A stretch of 64,000 nt of DNA from Anaerolineales bacterium (GTDB taxonomy: Bacteria; Chloroflexota; Anaerolineae; Anaerolineales; E44-bin32): NCBI GenBank assembly GCA_034430615.1, contig DAOUEJ010000102.1, positions 3,570-67,569 on the forward strand. The letters run 5' to 3'. Below, piece after piece: positions 19,522 to 28,778 of the stretch. Below the pieces are notes generated by a model, which searched no databases, was not told where the DNA came from, and saw only the letters and a list, made by a program, of their open reading frames with translations. Position numbers and translations under genes: made by a program. How positions within the stretch are numbered: the first letter of the stretch is position 1; each line of letters begins with the position of its first letter.

Positions 19522-20351
19522 AATACCTGCGCCTGGCCGGGTTGTTCTTGATCCTGAGCATGTCTTTTGGCTGCACTCGACAAGCTCCAGTGGCGGAGCC
19601 GCCCCCTGCAACCCAGGGGACGGCGCCCCCGCTGGTCATTCTCCCGAGCGCAACCCAACTTCCAAGCGCAACACCCATTATTACGCCCAGCCTGACACCA
19701 ACCCAGACCGACACACCCGGACCAACGATCGCGCCTCCACCGCCAGAACTGGATCCGGACGACCCGCGTTTTGGCTTGAATCTTGCTGCACCGAATTACT
19801 ACGACAATTTCAATTCAAACCTGACCTGGGTTGGCCCAAACTTTGAAGGCGCCTCCAATATCTGGGAAGATGAACACCTTAGAGCGACCGATTATCTGGC
19901 GGACACTTTTCTGTGGTGGAGTACCACCATCGCCGACATCGAAACCGGCAACCTCTACGTGGAGGTAACTAGCGAAATCGGGGACTGTTCTGGCAAGGAC
20001 GCCTACGGCATGGCAATCCGCGTCGAACCCAGCCAGCGCAGCGCAGGTTATATGCTCGAGTTTTCCTGCGACGGCGCCTTCCGGCTGCGGAAGCTGTTCG
20101 GCGGGGCATTAATCGCTCTGCAGGACTGGACGCCAGATGGATCGATCCGCTCCGGTTCTGGAGCCGTCAATGTAATGGGGCTGCTTGCAGAAGGAAACAT
20201 ACTGACTGCTTTCGCGAATGGCGATGAACTTGGCCAGGTCCAGGATACAAACTTCGTCAGCGGCAACTATGGTCTCTATGCAAACGCGTCCAATACACCC
20301 GGGCTATCGGTCACATTTGATGATTTTCGGCTCTGGTATGTAACCCGCTAG
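19518..20351 (+). CDS. Lipoprotein with ConA/LamG-like domain, paralog 2
   Basis: ATGA overlap with paralog 1. Lipobox LSMSFGC. GDCSGKDAYGMAIRV...YMLEFSCDGAFRL...FDDFRLWYV. Confidence 0.6.
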   Translation: MKYLRLAGLFLILSMSFGCTRQAPVAEPPPATQGTAPPLVILPSATQLPSATPIITPSLTPTQTDTPGPTIAPPPPELDPDDPRFGLNLAAPNYYDNFNSNLTWVGPNFEGASNIWEDEHLRATDYLADTFLWWSTTIADIETGNLYVEVTSEIGDCSGKDAYGMAIRVEPSQRSAGYMLEFSCDGAFRLRKLFGGALIALQDWTPDGSIRSGSGAVNVMGLLAEGNILTAFANGDELGQVQDTNFVSGNYGLYANASNTPGLSVTFDDFRLWYVTR

Positions 20352-20392
20352 GCAACGTATTTTCCACGGGCATACCCTTCAATTGCACTTTG

Positions 20393-21280
20393 ATGTATCC
20401 TCAGCGCATGCTGCCAGCCCGCGCATTTTCCGATCCAGTTGGATCTCACACTCCCGAAGAGCGTTATCGGCGGGCAAGTCATCCAAGCCCAACCAGGCCT
20501 GCAGGCTATTTCCTTCTCGGGTTCGCGCTATTGCTCAGTGGTTGTGTCAGCCTCTCCTCCCAGCCCATCCCCACGACCAGTCCCTTTCCGGCAACCTCCA
20601 CCCCGACTTTTCTTTTCCCAACGCTAATACCAACCGCCACGTTAACGCCTGCGCCGTCACCATCCGCCGCTTCTGATCCACTCACCAGCCTGGGGGAGGT
20701 GATTTTCGAGGATGAATTTGATCTCGATCGTGGCTGGCAAATCCAGATTTTTGGTTCGGGCGGCGCCGGTCTGCTTGACGGAGCCTATAGTCTCTCTGCA
20801 CGCCAGCCCTTCACACGTGTCGTTGGTTACAGCCCGGCTGGAATGAGTGCAAATGGCTACCTGGAAGTTACCGCACTGCCAATCCTTTGTTCATCCGATG
20901 ACGAGTATGGCCTCGTCTTCCGCACGAACCCCCGGGGGGAATACTACCGCTATACGTTGAACTGCATAGGTGAAGCTCGCCTTTCGCGCATATCGACCGA
21001 GGGGGAGTTTGTCATCTTATCGGATATCCGGCCTGATTCAGTTTTCCCAGGTCTGCTCATCGGCAATCGGCTCGCCGTCCGGATGGAGGGTGAAGACTTT
21101 AAGCTCTTTGTCAATGGGAGCGAGATCGCTCACGCCCGCGATGCCGTGCTCGGCAGCGGTGGTTTCGGCGTCTTCATCCGGACCAGGCAGGGTGGCCAGA
21201 CAACAGTGCAGTTTGACGAGTTCATCCTGTGGAGCCTGCGCTCATCTTCGACCGTCCTTGGCACAAGTACGCCGGAGTGA
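20393..21280 (+). CDS. Lipoprotein with ConA/LamG-like domain, paralog 3 (more divergent)
   Basis: Lipobox LLLSGC. CSSDDEYGLVFRT...YRYTLNCIGEARL...FDEFILWSL. Start is uncertain (ATG 20393 or 20408). Confidence 0.55.
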   Translation: MYPQRMLPARAFSDPVGSHTPEERYRRASHPSPTRPAGYFLLGFALLLSGCVSLSSQPIPTTSPFPATSTPTFLFPTLIPTATLTPAPSPSAASDPLTSLGEVIFEDEFDLDRGWQIQIFGSGGAGLLDGAYSLSARQPFTRVVGYSPAGMSANGYLEVTALPILCSSDDEYGLVFRTNPRGEYYRYTLNCIGEARLSRISTEGEFVILSDIRPDSVFPGLLIGNRLAVRMEGEDFKLFVNGSEIAHARDAVLGSGGFGVFIRTRQGGQTTVQFDEFILWSLRSSSTVLGTSTPE

Positions 21281-21291
21281 TCGGATCTGGT

Positions 21292-22122
21292 ATGGCAAGA
21301 AAAAAAGGAACCTTCCGCAATCGTCTTAACGATCTTGCTCCTAAGGAGTGGCTCAAGTTTCAAAAGTCGTGGTTCATGCACAACCCGCCCCCGCGTCGCA
21401 AAGATGTCCTCCGCCATCCGGCAAAATTCCCCGAGACGATGGCCCAATCCTTCATCGAATTCTTCACCAAACGTGGGGGGACGGTGCTTGATCCAATGGT
21501 TGGGACCGGGTCAACCCTTCTCGCCTGCCTGCGTTCGGGCCGGAACGGCATTGGGGTTGAGCTCAACTCGGAATATGCCTCGATTGCAACACAAATCTTG
21601 CAGGAGGAGCGAGGATTAATCGGGCCACTCAGTGCCGATCTCCGGCTGGAGGTCATCCAGGCTGACGCCGCGTCGATCGCCGGAATGGACCTGCCTCCAA
21701 TCGATTATGTTCTAACGTCACCCCCGTACTGGGATATGCTTCACGCCCGGGGCGCAGAAACTCAACGCCGTCGGCGTGCTGTCTCCGAGCTCGATGTCAC
21801 CTACTCTGAACACCCGGATGACCTGGGGAACATTCATGACTATGACCGCTTTGTTACCGCACTGGTGGAAATCTATCGTGGCCTGCGCAACCATCTAAAA
21901 CCACGTGCGTATCTGACAATTATCGTTAAAAATGTTAAAAAGGGCGGCCGCATTTACCCGCTCGCCTGGGACTTAGCACGCCGGCTCGGCGACTGCTATA
22001 GTCTCAAGGACGAACGCATCTGGGTCCAGGACAATATTCCCCTCGCCCCTTACGGCATGGGTAACGCCTGGGTCAGCAACATCCATCATCACTACTGCTT
22101 ACAGTTCAGACACGAGCCCTAG
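21292..22122 (+). CDS. SAM-dependent methyltransferase, N6-adenine/N4-cytosine DNA MTase-like (SPPY motif), no adjacent restriction enzyme
   Basis: HPAKFPETMAQSFIEFFTKRGGTVLDPMVGTGSTLLAC (motif X plus I) followed about 65 aa later by LTSPPYWD (motif IV). ATG 21292 lies just after the upstream stop. Confidence 0.65.
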   Translation: MARKKGTFRNRLNDLAPKEWLKFQKSWFMHNPPPRRKDVLRHPAKFPETMAQSFIEFFTKRGGTVLDPMVGTGSTLLACLRSGRNGIGVELNSEYASIATQILQEERGLIGPLSADLRLEVIQADAASIAGMDLPPIDYVLTSPPYWDMLHARGAETQRRRRAVSELDVTYSEHPDDLGNIHDYDRFVTALVEIYRGLRNHLKPRAYLTIIVKNVKKGGRIYPLAWDLARRLGDCYSLKDERIWVQDNIPLAPYGMGNAWVSNIHHHYCLQFRHEP

Positions 22123-22279
22123 TGTAGGATTTCATAGTTATTGAGACTGGGTTTACAGAATTAGGCAGCATTCCATTCAGCCTCAATCCATAGGCAAAGA
22201 TGATCACTATACTATTGGCAATTATCATGCCTTGGGACAGGGAATCTTGCATTGGATAATGGTCGGGATGGATGACGTT

Positions 22280-23902
22280 ATGAAATTCTTTAGGCAGCTT
22301 TTTCCGGATAGGCACCCACCGAACGTTGGGAAATTTACACCCATCTTCTCCGCTATATTTCTCTTGTTGTTTTTTTCTCTGACCTCCGTGTTGTTGTTTG
22401 GCAGAGCGATGAACCAACCTTTCAGCCATGATGAGCACCAATTCGTGGCGAGCGCCAAGCTTTTTACCGATTTTAGATATTTGCCTTACCGGGATTTTCC
22501 TTACCACCATATGCCTTATCAAATATTTATTTACGGGCTGCTTTTCAAATTCACCCGATTTAATTTACTAGCGGCAAGAGCGTTTTCAGTCCTATGTGCC
22601 GTCCTCAGTACCGGCATTCTTTTCTTCGTCTCTTCTCGTGAATTTCAACATAGATCCCGAATGATCCGGTATCTTTTTGGAGTGCTGTTTGTAGTGCTCC
22701 TCATAACGAGCCCGCTTTATTCCCTTACCAGCGGCAAAGCCTGGAACCATGATTTGCCAACATTGTTGATCCTCATCGTGTTTCTCTTAATCCGTCAGGG
22801 ATTTCGAAATGAGAGACCGAAGTGGCTATTTATAACGAGTGGGCTCCTCCTGGGAGTTGCCATCGGAACACGTTTGACGTATGTGTTCTCCCTAGTCCCA
22901 TTTCTGGGGATGATCTATCTATCTCCGTATAGCAAATCAGGCCCTTCCCGATATGCATCCATCATGTTCTTCAGCATAGGGGTTGGGATAGCAATGCTTC
23001 CGGCTTTCATTCTTTTCCTGCTTTCCCCTGAAGGTTTTATCTTCGGGAACTACGTTTACCCCAGGCTTCATACCGTTTATCAAACTTTACAAAATGTGAA
23101 TGTAGGGATAACAATTGGAGGAAAAATCGCTCATTTTACATCCATTGTCTTCACGATGCCGCTCAATCTCCTGCTATATGCAGGTTATATACTGCTTCTG
23201 GTAGGTGTGGGGCGTTATAAAGGGTTTGATAAACCAACCAAAATTCGATTTGGATCCGTGGGGGCGTTAATTGCCTTTTTGTTGATAGGCGCGTTTATAC
23301 CTACACCATCTCTGGAGCATTATTTTTATGCGCCAATCCCATTTCTTGTGTTGGGGATCCTGCTGAGTGTGGCAAAAATCGACAATTTAGGAAGAGATAC
23401 CTTGAGGCCGATGCTGCTGGTCGTGCTTTTTGCCGTGAGTTGGCATGGTTTCACGACAGGTGAATTCGAGGCAATAAAAAAATATATTACGCCAGGAACC
23501 TGGGTCCCAGTGATCGCGCACGAGCTTGGAAGGGAGGTAAGCGCGCGGGTTGATGGAAAATTGGTCCTTACTCTCGCGCCGCTCATTCCTCTTGAGGGCG
23601 AGGCAGAAATTTACAAACAATTTGTAACCGGTCCATTCACCTGGCGGGTCGCCTCACTCTTATCGAATGATCGACAACAGCGGTATCAAGTAATCTCTGA
23701 AGAAGGCTTGGCGGACCTGTTAGCGGAAACCCCTCCAGAGGGGATCTTGGTTGGTTTCGAGGCTGGGAACGAGGGTTTTAACGCTGGAGATCCGGGTGGG
23801 TTGGAGAAGCCATTGGTGGAATACGCCAGCGAGCATGGATACGTGCCGCACATCCTTCCGACCGAACTGATGTTAAATGAAATAACCCTGTGGGTGCGCT
23901 AG
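22280..23902 (+). CDS. GT-C fold membrane glycosyltransferase (ArnT/PMT, GT39/GT83-like)
   Basis: About 12 predicted TM helices, SHDEHQF in the first loop, and a C-terminal soluble domain. Markedly AT-richer than its surroundings. The start could be 22232. Confidence 0.6.
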   Translation: MKFFRQLFPDRHPPNVGKFTPIFSAIFLLLFFSLTSVLLFGRAMNQPFSHDEHQFVASAKLFTDFRYLPYRDFPYHHMPYQIFIYGLLFKFTRFNLLAARAFSVLCAVLSTGILFFVSSREFQHRSRMIRYLFGVLFVVLLITSPLYSLTSGKAWNHDLPTLLILIVFLLIRQGFRNERPKWLFITSGLLLGVAIGTRLTYVFSLVPFLGMIYLSPYSKSGPSRYASIMFFSIGVGIAMLPAFILFLLSPEGFIFGNYVYPRLHTVYQTLQNVNVGITIGGKIAHFTSIVFTMPLNLLLYAGYILLLVGVGRYKGFDKPTKIRFGSVGALIAFLLIGAFIPTPSLEHYFYAPIPFLVLGILLSVAKIDNLGRDTLRPMLLVVLFAVSWHGFTTGEFEAIKKYITPGTWVPVIAHELGREVSARVDGKLVLTLAPLIPLEGEAEIYKQFVTGPFTWRVASLLSNDRQQRYQVISEEGLADLLAETPPEGILVGFEAGNEGFNAGDPGGLEKPLVEYASEHGYVPHILPTELMLNEITLWVR

Positions 23903-24326
23903 AATACCGGGATCCCTGAGAATAGCCTCCAGATCCTCATAAATCTGAAAGAATGAATCTACGAACATTAATATCATGCTGAGTCTAGGAATAGATGATT
24001 ATGAAATTCACTAAAAAACCTGTGGGCAAACAAGTGAAGAACTCCGAAACCGTGGATTGGAGATTGATTCAATCTGGAAATACTCGAGTTTCAGTGATGT
24101 GGGAGAGTCTCAATATCTTTGACCTGAAGGTTGGGAAATCTCACTTTCTTCGAATCCCGGTCTCACTAACTACGCGAATAAGTGCGATTCTTGACTTGCT
24201 CCCTCTCAATAACTATGAAATCCTACACCTAGACGGCTGGCCAACCAGATCGTTTGCGCAAGTCGTGCCGGAAATGTATCCTTGCTCATCAAGTCCGCAC
24301 ACCCTACACCGCGGCAGGAACCTGGT

Positions 24327-24968
24327 ATGTATCTCGCAATCGAAGGCGTGATCGGCGTCGGTAAAACCTCCCTTGCAAAACTGCTCGCTCCTGAGTTTGA
24401 TGCTCAACTCGTGCTCGAGATCTTTGAAGAGAATCCCTTCTTAAGTAATTTCTACGGGGATCGTGAACGCTACGCATTCCAGACCCAGGTCTTTTTCTTG
24501 CTCAGCCGTTACCACCAGCAGTGTAAATCCATCCCCAGTGCCCTCGAAGCCGGAAGTCTGATCACGGACTACACCTTTGAAAAAGATGCTTTGTTCGCCC
24601 ACCTTAACCTGCGCGGCGACGAACTGGATACCTACAACCAGGTACACGAAGCTCTGGCCGAGCGCCTGCACCAGCCGGACTTGGTCATCTACCTGCGCGT
24701 CGAAACCGACGTCGCCATGCGGCGCATCGCAACCCGCGACCGTGCTTATGAACGCGACATGGACCGCGGATATATCGAAGCCTTGAACCAGGCCTATCAA
24801 GCTTTCTTTGGAGAGCGGGATGACGATTCCGTGCTGTCGATTGACAGCACCAGCCTGGACTTTGTCGCCCGCCAAGATGATCTCGAAACCATCATCCAAC
24901 GTGTACGCGCCCGGCTTGCTATCCCGCCTTACCAACCTACCCTTCCCCTGCATGAAGAGTCCCGGTAG
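24327..24968 (+). CDS. Deoxynucleoside kinase (dNK family)
   Basis: MYLAIEGVIGVGKTSLAKLLA P-loop. FEENPFLSNFY, DYTFEKDALFA and RIATRDRAYE (LID) motifs. Confidence 0.85.
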   Translation: MYLAIEGVIGVGKTSLAKLLAPEFDAQLVLEIFEENPFLSNFYGDRERYAFQTQVFFLLSRYHQQCKSIPSALEAGSLITDYTFEKDALFAHLNLRGDELDTYNQVHEALAERLHQPDLVIYLRVETDVAMRRIATRDRAYERDMDRGYIEALNQAYQAFFGERDDDSVLSIDSTSLDFVARQDDLETIIQRVRARLAIPPYQPTLPLHEESR

Positions 24969-25960
24969 TGAAGATCAAGCGCCAACTCCTCGTTGAACTT
25001 GCCCAGCGCGAAGCTGAGCGGCGAGGCAAGGAGTCGGATGTCATTTCTGGATACCTTATCGGTTCGGTAACAAAGGGGGACCCCCAGCTTGGGGGAAGCG
25101 CAGATATCGATCTCGTTCTAATCCACGATCAACCACCCGAAATGGGGAGGGAAGTCGTCCGCCTCTCTCACCAGGTTCATCTGGATATTGCCCACCATTC
25201 ACGCGAGCGCTACGGTAAACCCAGTGAACTCAGGGTCCATCCCTGGTTGGGTCCGGCGCTTTGTGAACCAGTCTTCCTCTATGATCCGGATCACTTCTTC
25301 GAATGGGCCCAGGCAGGAGCACGCGGCCAGTACTACCGCCCTGACCATATGCTTGTGCGCTCGCTTGCGTTCCAACGCAAGGCACAGCAGGCCGCATCAC
25401 TCCTGCCGCTCACCGGTCGCTGGATACGCGTTTATCTAAAGTCAGCCATGAATTCTGCCAACGCCGTCGCCTCACTAACTGGCTTTCCCGTCGCCGGCCG
25501 CAGAGTCGGCCTTGAACTTGCCGCCGCCGCCCAGGCGCTCGATTATCCGGATTTGTGGGGGCACTTCCTGAGCCTGCTCGGCGCAGACCGGCTGCAATCC
25601 TGGTCGATGCCAGAGCTTCTCGCCTCCTGGGCCAAGACCTTTGATTCTGGCACCCGCTCCACCACGAATGCGATGTTGAGCGCTCCAAGACGGGATTACT
25701 ACCTGAACGCTTTTCAACAGTTAACGGAACAAGATCAGAGCAAGACCCTGGTTTGGCCACTCCTGCAGACCTGGGAATCGGCGAATCACGCACTGGACGG
25801 AGGCGAAGCAGACGAGGCACATACGCATACTTGGAATGCCCTGCTTGAGACTCTGCATCTTTCACCGGAATGGCATGCACGCCGGGGTAAAGAGTTGACG
25901 GCGTTCCTGGCCACGAATCAATCCTGGATCGATAATTGGGGAGAGAGGCATGGGGCATGA
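24968..25960 (+). CDS. Hypothetical protein with Pol-beta-type nucleotidyltransferase-like N-terminus
   Basis: GTG start overlaps the upstream TAG by 1 nt. GSVTKGDPQLGGSADIDLVLI resembles the GS...D.D minimal NTase motif. The rest is helical and unassigned. Confidence 0.45.
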   Translation: MKIKRQLLVELAQREAERRGKESDVISGYLIGSVTKGDPQLGGSADIDLVLIHDQPPEMGREVVRLSHQVHLDIAHHSRERYGKPSELRVHPWLGPALCEPVFLYDPDHFFEWAQAGARGQYYRPDHMLVRSLAFQRKAQQAASLLPLTGRWIRVYLKSAMNSANAVASLTGFPVAGRRVGLELAAAAQALDYPDLWGHFLSLLGADRLQSWSMPELLASWAKTFDSGTRSTTNAMLSAPRRDYYLNAFQQLTEQDQSKTLVWPLLQTWESANHALDGGEADEAHTHTWNALLETLHLSPEWHARRGKELTAFLATNQSWIDNWGERHGA

Positions 25961-26658
25961 GCGAAGCAGTGCCTGGTGATGCGCCGAAGCGTTTTGTTGC
26001 CGTCGCTGGCAATATCGGCGTCGGTAAATCTACCCTGGTGGACATGCTCGCCAACCGCTTGGGATGGTCGCCTTTCTACGAGCCGGTGGGTGAGAACCCT
26101 TACCTGGCCGATTTTTATGCCGATATGCCAGCCTGGTCTTTTCACTCACAGATTTTCTTCCTTACCAGGCGTCTGCTGGCCCACCGTCAGTTGTTGGATC
26201 ACGCTACATCTGCCATCCAGGACCGCAGCGTCTATGAGGACGCCGAGATATTTGCCTACAACCTGCATCTCCAGGGCCACATGGAAGAACGGGATTACCA
26301 AACATACAGAGAGCTCTACCTGGTTCTGACCCAGTTTCTCCCTCCGCCCGATCTTGTGGTCTACTTGCGAGCATCGGTTGAAACGCTTCAGGAGCGCATC
26401 GCCCATCGCGGTCGTGCGTACGAACGCCAAATCCAACCCGAGTACCTGCGGCGTTTAAACGATCTTTACAATACCTGGATCGAGAGCTTCACGTTATGCC
26501 CGATCCTGACCGTGCCCGCTGACAATCTGGATTATGTTGCTCACGACAGCCACCTGGACCTGATCGTATCCAAGATCCGCGAGAAGCTAGCTGGAAAGGA
26601 AGAAGTTGTCTTCGGTGCGGAAGAAGTAGCCCGCGCGAATGGTCACCCCGACAACTAA
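25957..26658 (+). CDS. Deoxynucleoside kinase (dNK family), second copy
   Basis: ATGA overlap with the upstream ORF. GNIGVGKSTLV P-loop, YEPVGENPYLADFY, QDRSVYEDAEIFA and RIAHRGRAYE motifs. Confidence 0.85.
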   Translation: MSEAVPGDAPKRFVAVAGNIGVGKSTLVDMLANRLGWSPFYEPVGENPYLADFYADMPAWSFHSQIFFLTRRLLAHRQLLDHATSAIQDRSVYEDAEIFAYNLHLQGHMEERDYQTYRELYLVLTQFLPPPDLVVYLRASVETLQERIAHRGRAYERQIQPEYLRRLNDLYNTWIESFTLCPILTVPADNLDYVAHDSHLDLIVSKIREKLAGKEEVVFGAEEVARANGHPDN

Positions 26659-26728
26659 CTCAAGCTGGCCCGGGGAACATCCACAAAGGGGGAAGTCTGA
26701 AGTTGAACGATCCGATGGAAATATAAGC

Positions 26729-26755
26729 GATGAGCCCGCGCAATGCGGGCTCATC
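26729..26755. terminator. Hairpin between convergent genes
   Basis: GATGAGCCCGC-gcaat-GCGGGCTCATC. Confidence 0.6.
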
Positions 26756-26772
26756 ATATGTTCGGGGATTCC

Positions 26773-27093
26773 CTACACCCAGCCTTGTTTCTTCATGAAG
26801 TCCGTCAGTACTGGCAGTACGGTGAAACGGCCCTGGTATGAATCATAAGCCGGCCACAATGTCACCAGCCATAGCGCCGGCGCACAAAGCGAGCCGACAA
26901 CCGTGATAATTAAGATTATGCCTATCACCCAAATCGCTACGTTTAGCATCAACGACTGCACTGCATGGTAGCGTAGGAAGGGGACGTCCTTCTTCTCTTC
27001 CATCAGTAGTACGATTAGAGCAATTACCGGGATAGGGTACCCAAGCGCAGCCCACAACTTATCGTTACTACTAATTTGCGGTTGTTCTTCCAT
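26773..27093 (-). CDS. Small membrane protein (DUF4870-like)
   Basis: 106 aa. KLWAALGYPIPVIALIVLLMEEKKDVPFLRYHAVQSL pattern and 3 TM segments. Confidence 0.55.
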   Translation of the reverse strand: MEEQPQISSNDKLWAALGYPIPVIALIVLLMEEKKDVPFLRYHAVQSLMLNVAIWVIGIILIITVVGSLCAPALWLVTLWPAYDSYQGRFTVLPVLTDFMKKQGWV

Positions 27094-27244
27094 CGAGAAT
27101 CCTCCTGGAGCATTCTGCTCTCACGGGTGTGAACTGTTGGCTTTGTAGACTTTCGCTCGTCTGGCCAGCCAACGCCTGTCTAGTTTACTCCTACTTACAT
27201 TTATGTATAACACCAGAACTCCTATTTAGATGTGTCTGGAGAAT

Positions 27245-27273
27245 TTGCCTGGGATATGCCCATCTTGTACAAT
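27245..27273 (+). promoter_or_regulatory. Candidate sigma-70 promoter for spoVS
   Basis: TTGCCT-17 nt-TACAAT, about 60 nt upstream of ATG 27335. Confidence 0.4.
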
Positions 27274-27334
27274 TTCTGTCGTTCGACCACGAATGTTGGT
27301 GCCCGACATTCGAACCGCCATTGGAGTGAGCCGG

Positions 27335-27595
27335 ATGAATATCATCAAGGTCTCTTCCGAGTCACGCACCTCGGCTGTGGCGGGTGCGATCGCAGGTGTT
27401 GTCCGGGAACACGGACGCGCGGAGGTTCAGGCCATTGGCGCCGGAGCAGTCAACCAGGCCGTTAAAGCAGTTGCCATTGCGCGCGGCTACCTGCAGGAAG
27501 ATGGCATCGAGGTGGTTTGCTTGCCTGAATTTACGTCGGTGGATATCAGCGGGAAGGAACGGACCGCAATTCGACTGGTTGTCGAACCCCGTTAG
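27335..27595 (+). CDS. spoVS: Stage V sporulation protein S family protein
   Basis: MNIIKVSSESRTSAVAGAIAGVVREHGRAEVQAIGAGAVNQAVKAVAIARGYL..., near-canonical SpoVS. GGAG SD lies upstream of ATG 27335. Confidence 0.9.
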   Translation: MNIIKVSSESRTSAVAGAIAGVVREHGRAEVQAIGAGAVNQAVKAVAIARGYLQEDGIEVVCLPEFTSVDISGKERTAIRLVVEPR

Positions 27596-27679
27596 GAATA
27601 TTCCGCCTCAGACCGAGTGACAGCCACGAGCCCTTGAAGCAAACGTGATTCCGACTCACGCGAGTTCCACTTCATTGGA

Positions 27680-28702
27680 CTACCCGCGCGGCAAATCGAG
27701 AAACCAGGTTTCCAGCGCTAATCTCACGTTTGCATTTTGCAGGATGGCGGCACGCACACTCTCAGCCTCGCTTAAAACACGACCAATCGTTCCGACGTCG
27801 ATCCGCCTGACGATGTCCTCGAGATCCTGCTCTCGGTCGATATTCCGAGGCAGAACCCCCTCGGCTTGGTAACTTTTCAACATCGCATCGCGCCATAAGC
27901 TCGCCCATTGTTCGAGCGCATCGAGTGCTAGTACGCGCTGTGTTTCCGTGTCTTTCCCCTCCAGCATCGAATCCAGGTAAGCAAAGCGTGCTGCGAGCGA
28001 TCCAGGGATGAGCTCAACCATATCATCCAGCCACTGAGCCCTGCGGGATAATTGCTCCACGTCCGATCCTGCACCGATCGCCCACCCGGGTCGACCATCG
28101 GCCAGGCGGGTGATCAGGTTCGCGTCTTCATTCGGTAGGCCGCGCGCAAGTAGGGCCTGGCTGATCAACTCGTCGGAGACCTGGCGGAGAGGCAGCACCT
28201 CGCAGCGTGAAACGATCGTGGGCAACAAGGCTTCACCCGAGCGGGCGGTGAGTATGAGCACGACGCGGGATGCCGGTTCTTCGAGTGTTTTTAATAGAGC
28301 GTTCGCCGCATTGTCATTGGCCTCATGGAACCGCAAGCACAAGGCAACCCGCCATTCGCTTTCAAAAGGCATGAGCGCCAGCTGGCCCTGCAGCTCACGG
28401 ATCTGCTCGACTTTGATCATCGCTCCGGGCGCTTCCGATTCGATCAAATGTAAATCAGGAAAATCGCCTGCTTCGGTCAGTCGGCATGCGCGGCACTCAC
28501 CACAAAATTCCCCGGATTCGGTTGCTTTTGTGCAGAAGAGCGCCTGTGCAAATCGGATCCCAAGGGTGCGCTTGCCCAGTCCGTCCGCACCGGTGATCAG
28601 GTAGGCGTGTCTAACTTTCTGCCGGCTGATATGTCCCCGGAGCATGTTAACCGCCCATTGATGTCCGATCATCCGCCAATTCATCGGCATCATTGTACTC
28701 AC
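27680..28702 (-). CDS. holB: DNA polymerase III delta-prime subunit
   Basis: GHQWAVNMLRGHI...HAYLITGADGLGKRTL, CGECRACR zinc module, and Walker B-like VVLILT. Confidence 0.82.
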   Translation of the reverse strand: MSTMMPMNWRMIGHQWAVNMLRGHISRQKVRHAYLITGADGLGKRTLGIRFAQALFCTKATESGEFCGECRACRLTEAGDFPDLHLIESEAPGAMIKVEQIRELQGQLALMPFESEWRVALCLRFHEANDNAANALLKTLEEPASRVVLILTARSGEALLPTIVSRCEVLPLRQVSDELISQALLARGLPNEDANLITRLADGRPGWAIGAGSDVEQLSRRAQWLDDMVELIPGSLAARFAYLDSMLEGKDTETQRVLALDALEQWASLWRDAMLKSYQAEGVLPRNIDREQDLEDIVRRIDVGTIGRVLSEAESVRAAILQNANVRLALETWFLDLPRG

Positions 28703-28778
28703 TTGTCGGCAGCCTCAACAACCTGCCGGTGATATGCAAGCTTGACCCCGCTCTGGCATCTCCGGTATAACTTCAGCG

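Noticed and set aside
24149-24168. TTCGAATCCCGGTCTCACTA resembles a tRNA T-loop plus acceptor 3' end, which could be an att remnant of an integrated island.
   Set aside because: The 5' half of the T-stem (CTTTC) does not pair with CCCGG. No full tRNA, integrase or matching direct repeat is in the window. A 9-mer TTCGAATCC is expected by chance about once per 100-250 kb of two-strand sequence.
23995-24351. 118-aa ORF in the AT-rich spacer upstream of the dNK operon.
   Set aside because: It has no SD and no recognisable motifs. It overlaps the dNK start and sits in a region where AT-richness makes stop-free frames by chance less informative. It is kept only as part of the low-GC islet finding.
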